DNA from: Nitrospirales bacterium
GTDB lineage: Bacteria; Nitrospirota; Nitrospiria; Nitrospirales; UBA8639
Assembly: GCA_963422365.1 (NCBI GenBank)
Contig: OY729426.1
Location: 128,001-192,000, forward strand
Length of the DNA stretch: 64,000 nt
Direction: 5' to 3'
In this document: positions 20,318 through 31,029 of the stretch, piece by piece
How the letters are laid out: every line of letters begins with the position of its first letter
How positions within the stretch are numbered: the first letter of the stretch is position 1
Notes under the pieces: model-generated
What the model was told of the DNA's origin: nothing
The model's input: only the letters and a program-made list of their open reading frames with translations
The model's database searches: none
Position numbers and translations under genes: made by a program

Positions 20318-23300
20318 TCCCACCCGCAACGTCTCTTGCCGACGTTCGCTACCGATTAGCGAGTCACTCGACTCCCACCTTTTTTTTATCCTTGAACAAT
20401 AGCCGCGCTTCATTTTTCCCGACCTCGTAGTTTTTTCTCATAAACAGTAATGGTATTCTTAACGTCCCTATGGGAAAGACCGACAAATATACCGCTTCAA
20501 ATATCAACGACCCTGCCCGTAACCGCGCCTTACGCCTTATACAATACCTTCAAGCATTAGCTGACCTTCGTACGAAAATCATTCGAGACGTGAAAGACTA
20601 TGAGCATATTCTCTGGTTGCACGAAATTCCTCGTGAAAAGGAGTGTTTCACACAAGCATGGGGCCCCAATATGATGATCGTGAGCCAGATATCTGGATTG
20701 AAGTTCAAAAGAGAGACGAACCAGTTCGACCGAGGGTTCCGAAAGTCTGCGACACATGGGTGAACCAAGAAACGTTAAAAAATACTGAGAACTTCCCTGA
20801 ACTCTTCCCTACAATCAGCGTTGCAGTGGAAGAGCAAGATCAAAAAGAAGACACCTTGTCGCCAGCGTACGAAAAACGAAACCTGGAAGATTATCCCGAC
20901 GTTCGGAAAGCTTGGGACCGATACCGGAAAAATGAGTGGCTGCCCTGGATGGAATCACATCGCGATTGGGCCACTGTACAAAATGTCTACACCGAACTGT
21001 TCACCATCTATCAAGGACAAAAGCGTCTAGGCGAAGAATATGAATTGCTCGTGGGCATTGGTCTTCTGACCTGGCAAACGCCTTCGGGGCACACCGTCCG
21101 CCGACATCTTGTCACAGCAAAAGCCAGCTTGGGTTTCAAATCCACACTCGGCAAATTCGAAGTTATTCCAGACCCTGACGGCGCAAAACTCTCTGCCGAA
21201 TTAGATATGCTGGATGCCACAGAGCAACCTCTCCACGCTCAACAGTCGGCAATGGAAGGGTTGCGTTCCGCGGATGACAATCCTTGGGATCGCGCTTCTG
21301 TTGACGCCGTCCTCCATGCACTCGCAAAAAAGTTGGACGCTCTTGGCGAATACCACCACGCATCGCTGAAACCACGTCAATCGAAGGCTGACAAAAAACC
21401 CTTTGTCGAATTCGCTCCGGCACTGATTGTCCGAAAACGATCCTTAAAAGGACTTCAGGAAACCCTAGCTAAAATGTGTTCCCAAATAAGCAAGGGCGGT
21501 GAACTGCCACATGCATTTCTGGATCTCGCTGAAGGCAGAATAGACCCTGGAATAAGCGGGCCAGACACATCCGGTACGAATGGCACAGACAAAACGGAAC
21601 CACCAATCTATTTCCCCAAACCTTCTAATGATGAGCAACGCCGAATCATCAAGACCCTTGGTTCAACCAGCGGCGTGTTGGTACAAGGCCCCCCTGGAAC
21701 AGGGAAGTCTCACACCATCGCCAATCTTATCTGTCATCTCCTCGCAACAGGACAAAAAGTGTTGGTCACTGCCCAAACCCCAAGGGCCTTGGACATTCTG
21801 CACAATCATCTTCCAGAAAAGATTCGTCCTTTGTGTATTAGTCTCTTGGGGAGTGAAAGTAAAGAACAACGTGCGCTCGAGGCGAGTGTGAGCGGGATTT
21901 TAGATCGGCAAACGGAATGGAGTGAATCACACGCGACCTCAGAAGTGACCCGACTCAAGAAAAAACTCCATCAAGTACGGAAGGAAAAGGCTGAAACCGA
22001 ATTCAGACTCCGATCGATTCGAGAATCCGAAACGCGTGAACAGTCCATCCTAGATGGAGCCTATCACGGAACTGCAGCGAACATTGCACGACAACTCAAC
22101 CAGGAATCGACTGAATATGATTGGCTGACCGATCCCATACGGCACGACCAAGAAATGCCAATCGCTCCCAGGGACCTAGAAAAGCTGAGACAGGAATTAA
22201 CCAATTTCAGCCCCGAGTTAGAAGCGGAACTGAAATTGAGCATGCCTGACCCTAAACAAGACTGTATCGACGTGGAAAGATTTAAGGCACTTGTTCAACA
22301 AGAAATCGAAACAAGAGAAAGCCTGGAATCCGATCAGGCATTCTTGAATTCCCCAAGAGATACGATCCAACTGGTAGACATTCAGCACGTCCATCGAATG
22401 ATCGAGGCTATGGAATCACTGATCGCTGAGGTTCAAAGCATCAAAGCACTGCCCATGCCGTGGATCGAGTCAGCTATCCATGAGATGTTATCGGGCAATG
22501 ATCGACCCTGGAAGGAACGTCGCCGCGTCTCTGACGATCACTTGAGAGGGTTAAGCGAACGGGCGGAAAAAATTGATCGGCAAAAACTGGATGCTCCGGG
22601 CAGTCTTGACCGACAAAAGCTGTTAAACGATGCAAAGACTCTCAAGCAACATTTCGACCATGGTGGAACAATCCGGTGGCTGTGGTTCCTCAATAAGAAG
22701 ATCGTCAAAAACAACGAAAATCTCATCAGACATGTTCACCTTGATGGCCATCCGTGCGATACATCCGGAGTGCTAGAGAAGCTCATTGAATATCTCTCCG
22801 TAGAACAAGCCATTGAATACGTTTGGAATATATGGAAGGGAAAAGCTGACCGGCGGGAAGGCTCTTTTCTCATGCAGGTAGTGGAACTCGACGCACTCTT
22901 GCATGCCCTGACTCGGGTTATCGGTCTTGAGGATCCACTGGAGCATGCCAAAGCTCGCGTCCGACAGGATCCAAGAATACCCGAACCGGTGTGGCATGAC
23001 TTGGATGCTCTCAGGCAATTCCTCAATACCTGCCGATTTGTCATTCAAAAACGTAAACTGGAAAGCGTTCAAGAAGCATTGAGCGAGGGTATCTCCGGCA
23101 TTCGAGCCTTTACCCATCGTGAATCATGCCATCCTTCGGCACAAGAAGCTCTGGATTCCATGCGAAGCCGCGATGTGGAGGCCTATGAGAACATTGTGCG
23201 CCGACTTGTCGAACTTCAGCAATGGTCAGAACGGGTAGCGTGGACAGAATCGACCCTCGACCGCCTTAAGCCCATTGCACCGATGTTCGCAAAAGCATTG

Positions 23301-25082
23301 AAGGAATCCTGCCGAGACGAACAGTGGATGAACCGAATTCGTTCAGTGGAACAGGCTTGGAAGTGGACACGAGCATATTCTTGGCTTCGTGACTTTCTCA
23401 ATGCTAATGACGTTCCTGGCTTAGAACGGTGAGCAAAACAACTCGAGGAAGATGAGAGGGATACGCTGGCTACCCTTGCTGAAATGCAGGCCTGGACATT
23501 CTGCTTCACGCGGTTACAGGAGGAACATCGAAGACATCTGGTTGGATGGCAACAGGCAATAAAAAGAATCGGGAAAGGCACTGGCAAGAGTGCTCCAAGA
23601 CATCGCCGAGACGCGCAACAACATTTGAATAAATGTCGGGAGGCCATTCCTGCCTGGGTCATGCCTCTTCATCGACTGTGGGATACCGTCGATCCGTCAC
23701 CTGGCATGTTCGACGCGATTATCGTCGACGAAGCATCCCAATGCGGGCCGGATTCCCTCCCATTGATGTATCTGGGGAAAAAGCTCTTGGTTGTCGGAGA
23801 CGATCAGCAAATCAGCCCTGAGGCCGTAGGCATTGATGACAATAGTCGGCGCCAACTTATACAGGAACATTTGCATGACTTTGAACATGCTGATTCATTT
23901 GATATGGAAAGCAGTTTATTTGCCCATGGATGTCGCCGCTTTGGCAATCGGATTGTGTTACGAGAACATTTTCGGTGTATGCCCGAAATTATTCGATTCA
24001 GTAACGACCTGTGTTATCACGACACGCCACTTATCCCTCTCCGCCAGTATCCACCGGACCGACTGGAACCACTAACCATTATTCACGTGCCGAGTGGATA
24101 TAGGGAAGGGGATGGTGCAAGGGCCATGAACCGTCCCGAGGCCGAAGCCCTTGTGAAACGGGTCATCCAATGTTGTCAGGACGAACGTTACAACGAAAAA
24201 ACCATGGGTGTCATCACGCTTCAAGGCACGGCACAGGCTCAGATCATTGAAAGTATGTTGGTGAAAGAATTGGGGGCGGAGGAGATGGAAAAGCGAAGAC
24301 TGATTTGCGGCACTCCTTCCCATTTTCAAGGGGATGAACGAGAGATTATCTTTCTTTCCATGGTCGCCGCTCCCAACGAACGTATTGGACCTTTGACGAC
24401 AGAATCGTACAAAAGACGGTTCAACGTGGCGGCGAGTCGAGCCAAAGATCAAATGTGGTTATTCCATACGGCAACGCGAAACGACCTGATTGACGCCTGT
24501 CTACGAAAGCAGCTGCTTGAATTTTTCAACAACCCAGAAAGCCAAATTACTCAGGCACTTGGAGAAGAAGCCGAGCAATTGAGAGAAAAAGCACGCTTTG
24601 CTAACCGTGGAATTGAGAAACCACCAAATCCGTATGACAGTTGGTTTGAAGTAGACGTATGCCTAGCCATCGCTGCAAGAGGGTATCGGATCGTGCCGCA
24701 ATATCCGATTGCGGGAAAACACATCGATCTGGTCGTTGAGGGCAACAAATCGCAACTTGCCGTTGAATGCGACGGCGATCATTGGCATGGTGCAGACAAA
24801 CATCAAGAGGACATGGAACGACAAAGAAAGCTGGAGCGTGCGGGATGGAGGTTCTACCGAATTCGTGGAAGCTCCTTTAATGCCAATCCGGAAGCGGCCA
24901 TGGAAAGTCTGTGGACTCTGCTTCGGGAGCTGGAAATTTTCCCCGTCGGCTCTTCCCGCGATGCATCAGAGGAAACACCCAAGCCTGAAGAACAGCCTCA
25001 TCACAATCCTTTCGAGGAGTCGACACCCACCCAACCCGTTGCTGGACCTACTATCGAGGCAACGGTGCAGGAGGGGCACCCA

Positions 25083-25188
25083 GTAGAAAGTCAATCACTA
25101 CACGGAACAGTTTTAGATCTGGCCGGCAGCGCAGTGGCCGCGGTGGTGACACTGGTAGAAAGTCAATCACTACACGGAACAGTTTTAG
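25083..25188 (+). repeat. Perfect 34-bp direct repeat flanking a 38-bp unique spacer (CRISPR-like unit)
   Basis: GTAGAAAGTCAATCACTACACGGAACAGTTTTAG at 25083-25116 and 25155-25188. Confidence 0.9.
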
Positions 25189-25244
25189 GCTCCGCACCCA
25201 CCCCACAGGATGAGCAGACAGAAAACTTCGCTTCGGCAGAAGCT

Positions 25245-25409
25245 CTCTCGCTGACTTCTCGTCAAAAAGAAATTCTCCGACTCGTGGCCCAAGGTCACAC
25301 AAATCGAGAAATCGGCGAACAACTTGATATCAGCGTCCGGACGGTTGAAGTTCACCGATTTAATCTGATGCGGCGCCTCCGCGTGCGAAACGTAGCCCAA
25401 CTTCTCAGA
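25245..25409 (+). repeat. Near-copy of the LuxR HTH coding segment at 30671-30835
   Basis: Manual alignment: 150/165 nt and 53/55 aa identical. Confidence 0.92.
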
Positions 25410-26362
25410 AAAATGACTGATGAAGAAATTGAGTTCGATGGATAACAGGCACCTTACACCCATTGGCCAAAAGCCGTTCTTCCTGACCCTCAGTCCGCTA
25501 TCATTGATGAAATCATAAGCGGTCTCCTCGCAATCATTTCAGTGAAAGGACCAATCGTCTGTCACAGGGCTTATTTTTTGTATGCCGGAGCTGTCGATCC
25601 GCCAATAATGAAAGTGGTAAGACAAATCCGATCAACTTTTGATAAAGCAATTCGTCAAGCTTTACGACGGGGACTCATTGAAGGAACAGATGAACGCGGA
25701 AACCGTGAATGGTATTGCCTGATCGTTCGTAAGGTAGGCACGCCACCTGTGGTGGTGCGCAAACGAGGAAACAGGGACTTTGATGAGATTCCTCCTTCGG
25801 AATTGAGGGCGTTAATGAATGACCTTTATCGCCAAAATCTCAACCAAAACGATGATCAACTTCTTCAATCTGTAAGGGTCCGATATGATTTCGGACGGAT
25901 GACGTCTGATATGAGAAAGAAATTGTTGAGGATGAGAGGATGAAGCAGCAATATTTTCAATAAAGGTTCTCTGGCAAGGCGGTATCATCAAGTGGATGTG
26001 CCGACATTCGTCAACGACGTACGCACTCATAGACGGAAGACCGGTTGAATGGCGTCAAATTTTTCTTTGACTTCGGGATGTATTTTCTCCGGCAGCATCA
26101 CGGCAGCGATGTCATTGAAGCGGGTCTAAGGAAAGCCATGTAATCCGGCCGCATCCAGAATCGGCGGAATGACTGCTGTTCTCGCCTTACGTTGTTGCCT
26201 ATACGCGTCGACCAAAGGATTGGGCTTTAGGAAAAGGCAGGCGTGAAGGTCTGCTCCAGATAGGCCAACGTATCTTTCCTGGCTTCTGCCGAAAAAGCCC
26301 CGGCACCTACTTCCTTCTCAATAAACCGTTCCAGTGCTCTCGGGTGTACGAGCAAGGGCTAT

Positions 26363-27184
26363 TTACGCACGGCCATTGACTGACCAGAGATGGGAACAGC
26401 CAGAGGTATCCCGTTGGCTCCAGCGATAGATTGCATCACTGTAACCGTGGAGGATGGCCACTGTCTGATCACGAACCTGTCGAAATGTCTCTTACGACTC
26501 ATCCGTCAGCGGATCTGCTGACGGAATATCATTGAGTACAACGACTCTTTGCGCGGCTGGACGTGTTTCTTTCAGTTCCATCCATGTGAACGACACAAAC
26601 TTCGCCGTTTGTGACAAAGGGCTTCGAATGAGTTTGACGAGCCGCTCGGCTTTCCGTGGCAAGGGAATGACGAAGTCGATGGGATGTTCAACCGTGCCTC
26701 CTGGTATGGTTACATTTGCAGTATAAAGAACCTTCCGTTGATCAAGAAACTCGCCAACCAGTTCAAAAAAGTCAGTGAAAGTATAGGGAACGTGACTCAT
26801 CCAGAGATCATGAAGCCGCAAAACAGCAGTGAGTAAAAAATACGCGCGCGGAGAAAGGTTCGTCGCAGACGCAGCAGCTTCCAAACGCCCATTGGCAAGA
26901 CGAACGGCACAGCCGGCCCTTGCACGTTCGACCAAAGCTTGACGCCGCTCAGAATCCTCAATCTTGATCCCCAAGCATTGGAGGCATTCAATGGTGTCGC
27001 CGTTATCATGAAGAATATCATCTCCGTGATGGTGTTCGACATAGATCTGAATGCCGTCATGAAATGGATCCAGAAATGGTGTACTCAGTACGGAGACATC
27101 CCCTCGTTGGAAAGTCTTGAACCTGTCACGAAGCCAAGTGAGATAATCTTTGGCCAGATCTGGCTGTAGAAATGCGGGCGTCAT
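26363..27184 (-). pseudogene. DUF1828/DUF1829-like protein with a premature TAA at 26492-26494
   Basis: STPFLDPFHDGIQIYV...LHDNG, G.TVEHPIDFVIP..ERLVK; the frame continues after the stop as ETFRQVRDQTVAILHGYSDAIYRWSQRD. Confidence 0.7.
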
Positions 27185-27599
27185 TTCAAGTCCATATTCA
27201 CTTGGATGCCGTTTGCGAAACTGGCTTTGATGATTGTAAGAAAATGTTCTAGAGTGACAGAAGGGTCCCTAAAGTCACACCAAGTTACTGGCTCTGCCCA
27301 GGCTAATCCAAAGCCCTCCCGAACGACATGCAAGTGTGATTGATTGAGAATTTCCGTTCCATCCGGAGTAGGGCGATAGGGACTGTTGTCGAGGCGAAAG
27401 AGGCCAATACCGCGGTCCTTGGTTCGACAGTGCAGCCGAATTCCAAATGGATTCCGTTTCATCGAAAGGATACATTGAAGTCCTTTATCCGTTCTTGCAA
27501 TCTATGAGTTCATTTTCCATCCTCTCTGCTTGCCAGTTTAGAGGATCAGATCTTGTTGCTTCTTTGGCGATCTCGATCTGCTTGCGCTTGCGTTAACAT
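27181..27599 (-). pseudogene. DUF6978-like protein, 5' part disrupted
   Basis: MLTQAQADR start at 27599, then frameshift/stop; RLD...PDG.EI...HLH..REGFG..WA motif; 4-bp overlap with the downstream gene. Confidence 0.6.
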
Positions 27600-27760
27600 T
27601 CGTTCAAATTTTTCACAATCAGTAACTCGTTCCCTCGGTCGTCGATCACTTTCACGGCAATCTGCTTGTGCTCACCAGCCTGGAATTGGCGCACTCATGG
27701 TGCCTGAGAGATGATCCAAGACGCTTTCTTCACAATCACCCCTCAAAGCCTTTCGAATGA
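27593..27760 (-). pseudogene. 3' remnant of a Mod-like site-specific DNA methyltransferase
   Basis: Translates as ...LDHLSGTMSAP/FQAGEHKQIAVKVIDDRGNELLIVKNL, a C-terminal signature I recognise from N4/N6 (type III Mod-like) methylases. Confidence 0.6.
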
Positions 27761-27869
27761 AAAGTGGCTTGGTACAGCCATGGAGTTTTGACCTCTTTTG
27801 GATCAAAACAAAGCCCTGACGGTGGGAATAAAACAGAATAATAACTCACACTGTAAAGAAATTCTTTCA

Positions 27870-30446
27870 TCACTCGTACCGCAACCCATCCGCGATGACG
27901 CCGCTGGTGGCCCAACGAGCCGGAAGATAGCCGGCAACCAGCCCCGTGATCCCCGCGATGAGCACGGCTTCCAGGATGGTCTTGAAGGGGAGGATCATGT
28001 GAATGGTCCACCCGAAGGACTGCTTGTTGATCACACCAATCAGCAAGGCTGCGAGTAAAACCCCACCAAGGATCCCCAGGCCCAACCCTAACAATCCCAG
28101 ACACAGCGATTCTCGAACGACCAACCCTTGCACCTGCCTCCTGCTTGCTCCAATCGCGCGAAACGTCGCAAACTCCCGTTGTCGTTCGATCACCGTCGTC
28201 AAGAGGGTATTCATGATTCCAAGCAGCCCGACGATCACCGCGACCACTTCCAACCCATAGGTCAACCGAAAGGTTCGGTCAAACACTTCCAGAATATCGG
28301 TCCGCAATTCTTTGTTGCTGATAATCGACACCGGCAAAAGCGGATCGAGCGCCTTTTTCAGATCCCTCCGTACGTGTTGACTGCTCACGTGAGGCTCCAG
28401 ATAAATTGCCAGCACCGTCGCGGTCGCATCACCCCACCATTCCTGGTAGATCGATCGGTCGAGAACCATCTTTCCACCATCCGTCGTATAATCGTAAAAG
28501 ACTCCCACCACCGTGAAATCCTTCTGCCCCATGGCAGTCGGCAAAGACAGCACATCGCCGACCCTGACCCCGAGTCGATGCGCGAACACTTCAGAAACCA
28601 CCACACCCTTTTCTTTGATCGCTTGGCGGAGACGGTCGGAAGACTCTCCGTTCATAAACAGGTATTGACTCCGTTCCGCATGCAGGGAGAGATCTCGCGC
28701 CACGAGAGAAGCCTGGGTGGATCCAACTGGAATGCGCACTTGACGATAGGGGTCAACGGCTGCTACGCCCGGGACCGCCCGGGCTCGCTGAACCGTTTCC
28801 GGTGAAAGAACCGTTTCGAATTGATGGGCATCCAATCCTTCAACGGGCGGGGTCACAATCAGATCCGCCATGAGGGTCTGATCGATCCATCGTTCAACGG
28901 TATCGCGGAAACTCTCTACCATTACTCCCACCCCCACCACGATGGCAATGCCCACCATAAAGGCCGACAACGTGACCCTAGTTCGTCCCGAAGACCGGAC
29001 AATCTGGTCGACGACAAGGTGCGCCATCGACCCCGAAGACGTTTTGAAGAAAACCGACGTTGCCAGACCCAGAAGATGAATGCCGAGAGGAGCAAGGAAG
29101 GTGCACCCCAGCAAGACACAAAACGCCGCTGCATATCCAAACAAGGGAAGCCCATTGACCGGACCAGATAAGGAGAGAACCCCAGCCACCCCCAATACAG
29201 CCATGGCCAATACAGTCCATCGACCATGATGATGGTGACGATTGGCTTCATTTTGCCCAGGAGCCAAGGCCAGAGCCGGAGCCGTCTGACTCGCTTCCCA
29301 GCAAGGTACCAATGCCCCCATCAAGGACAGAGCCATGCCCAATAGACCGCCTCCTACCAACACCAGAGGACGGAATGCAGACACTCCCTGAGCCTCCATT
29401 CCGTAGAGTTCGGAAACCGTTTCCTGCTCAAGCCCGACAAGCCAATGAGCCAAGCCGCTACCGAACACGGCCCCGAGTCCACCGCCAACGGCGCCGACTA
29501 TGATCGCCTCACCGAGAAACAACAGGCCAATCTGCAGCCGTACCATGCCTAGAGCACGGAACATGCCGATTTCTCGCCGATATTGCACAACAGAAAATCC
29601 TACGGCGTTGTAGACCAAAAACATGCCGACAAAGAGCCCGACCATACCGAGGGTGGTGAGATTCATCTGAAACGACGTGAGCATACGCTGCACCTGTGCA
29701 TTACGTTGTGATGAGCGCGTGACCAAAACCGAAGACCCTAGCCGTTCTTGAAGCTCCTGAATCACATGCTCCACCGATACGCCGGGGGTCGTCACGAGGT
29801 CCAATCCATCAAGCTGGCCCAGCCGCGCAAATTGCACTTGGGCAGCGGCAATATCCATGATGACCAGGGGTCCCCACCGCTTTTCAGTGCGGGCAAGCTG
29901 GAACACTCCACGCACGGTCGTTTGGAATTGACGCGAGCCGACACGTACCACCACAGGATCACCCCGGACCACCCCTAAGCTCGTCGCCACATCGCGGTCC
30001 ACAAAGAGTGCCTCGACACTGAGCAGGGGATCCAAGGAGAATTCCTGTTGCGGAGAGACTTGCCACTCGCCCGTCTTTTCGTTGACCAGCGCCAACATGT
30101 CCAGCCCCCACACTGTACTCATGTGGGTGTTTCCTTGATCCGTTTCGAGAGTGACTGATTGGGCAACATAAGGATGAAGGGTTTGGACGTCGGGATGCAC
30201 ACGGATCTGCTCAATGAGCGTTTCATCAATTCGATGTTCGGCTCCCGAGATATGAATCGTAGCCGCTCCCACCACTTGTCTCACGGTTCGTTGAAACGCC
30301 TCAAATACGGTTTGATTCGCCAGAGACATGGCCAGGGCGGCCGCCACTCCCACGCCGACTCCAACCACGGTCAGTGAGGTTCTGAAAGGTCGGCTCGTCA
30401 GGTGTTTGAAAGCCAAAATCCCGAATAGGAAGAGCCATTGTGACAA
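27870..30446 (-). CDS. ABC transporter permease, double FtsX/MacB type
   Basis: Two repeats of periplasmic domain + TM bundle (REIGMFRALG, REFATFRAIGAS); start probably TTG near 30446. Confidence 0.88.
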   Translation of the reverse strand: MSQWLFLFGILAFKHLTSRPFRTSLTVVGVGVGVAAALAMSLANQTVFEAFQRTVRQVVGAATIHISGAEHRIDETLIEQIRVHPDVQTLHPYVAQSVTLETDQGNTHMSTVWGLDMLALVNEKTGEWQVSPQQEFSLDPLLSVEALFVDRDVATSLGVVRGDPVVVRVGSRQFQTTVRGVFQLARTEKRWGPLVIMDIAAAQVQFARLGQLDGLDLVTTPGVSVEHVIQELQERLGSSVLVTRSSQRNAQVQRMLTSFQMNLTTLGMVGLFVGMFLVYNAVGFSVVQYRREIGMFRALGMVRLQIGLLFLGEAIIVGAVGGGLGAVFGSGLAHWLVGLEQETVSELYGMEAQGVSAFRPLVLVGGGLLGMALSLMGALVPCWEASQTAPALALAPGQNEANRHHHHGRWTVLAMAVLGVAGVLSLSGPVNGLPLFGYAAAFCVLLGCTFLAPLGIHLLGLATSVFFKTSSGSMAHLVVDQIVRSSGRTRVTLSAFMVGIAIVVGVGVMVESFRDTVERWIDQTLMADLIVTPPVEGLDAHQFETVLSPETVQRARAVPGVAAVDPYRQVRIPVGSTQASLVARDLSLHAERSQYLFMNGESSDRLRQAIKEKGVVVSEVFAHRLGVRVGDVLSLPTAMGQKDFTVVGVFYDYTTDGGKMVLDRSIYQEWWGDATATVLAIYLEPHVSSQHVRRDLKKALDPLLPVSIISNKELRTDILEVFDRTFRLTYGLEVVAVIVGLLGIMNTLLTTVIERQREFATFRAIGASRRQVQGLVVRESLCLGLLGLGLGILGGVLLAALLIGVINKQSFGWTIHMILPFKTILEAVLIAGITGLVAGYLPARWATSGVIADGLRYE

Positions 30447-30604
30447 AATTTGTTTCCCGAAATCTCGTTGTGGTAGTTTACGACAATCCAATTGAATTGT
30501 TGAAAAAGCCGACCAATGGACAGCTTGCTTTTGAAAAAATTTTGAACAATGCAACAAGTTCCTCAGGTTCAGATACAGCACTGAAGAAGACGCGGGCGTC
30601 TCTT

Positions 30605-30895
30605 ATGGCCACAGTCAAGCCAAGTCATCGAGAAATCAAAGGAAACTCGAAAGAACAAACTGAAGAGACGCTCTCTCTGACTGCTCGTCAAAAAGAAATT
30701 CTTCGACTCGTCGCCCAAGGTCATACGAATCGGGAAATCGGAGAACAACTGGATATCAGCGTCCGGACGGTTGAAGTTCACCGGTTTAATCTGATGCGAC
30801 GACTCCACGTGCGAAACGTGGCCCAGCTTCTCAGACAAGGGATGCGCTTACGCCTCATCCCGAAAAGTACCGTTCCCACAAGTAAAGCCCCCTAA
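30605..30895 (+). CDS. Small stand-alone LuxR-family HTH regulator
   Basis: LTARQKEILRLVAQGHTNREIGEQLDISVRTVEVHRFNLMRRL. Confidence 0.88.
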   Translation: MATVKPSHREIKGNSKEQTEETLSLTARQKEILRLVAQGHTNREIGEQLDISVRTVEVHRFNLMRRLHVRNVAQLLRQGMRLRLIPKSTVPTSKAP

Positions 30896-31029
30896 CCTGG
30901 TGCTTTTTGCTCCATCCGAAAATGTCCCTTGAAGGTTGCTCGAACGAGCCAACAACCGGCCTGTCTTTTGCGTGGAGCACAAAGAGGAAAGAGGTTGGCG
31001 GTCACACGTGGGAAAACGGGGATTTGGGG

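Larger units (their letters stand above)
20470..25943 (+). pseudogene. Very large SF1 (DNA2/NAM7-like) helicase + Vsr/DUF559-like nuclease + internal LuxR HTH + C-terminal domain; 1 frameshift and 2 in-frame stops
   Basis: QGPPGTGKS, IVDEASQ, VGDDQQI, LREHFRC, FQGDER, RFNVAASRA; IDLVV..LAVECDG..WH..RQRKLERAGWRFYRI. ORFs 20643, 23484 and 25542 share one frame, separated only by TGA 23430 and TAA 25443; ORF 20470 joins by a frameshift near 20665. Confidence 0.85.

Noticed and set aside
23430..23480. In-frame TGA as selenocysteine or programmed readthrough
   Set aside because: No SECIS-like hairpin is evident, the context is a helical segment where CGA>TGA is simpler, and the same gene also has a TAA and a frameshift.
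25083..25188. Calling this a bona fide CRISPR array
   Set aside because: Only two repeats, no cas genes or leader in the window, and it lies inside a coding frame. Kept as a repeat and a finding only.
25950..26360. Coding-like fragments on the minus strand
   Set aside because: Short, broken and not assignable to any family by eye; treated as island debris.
30440..30604. Extended N-termini of luxR and the permease as overlapping genes
   Set aside because: ORF-caller extensions. Downstream starts (30605 and ~30446) leave a normal divergent intergenic gap.
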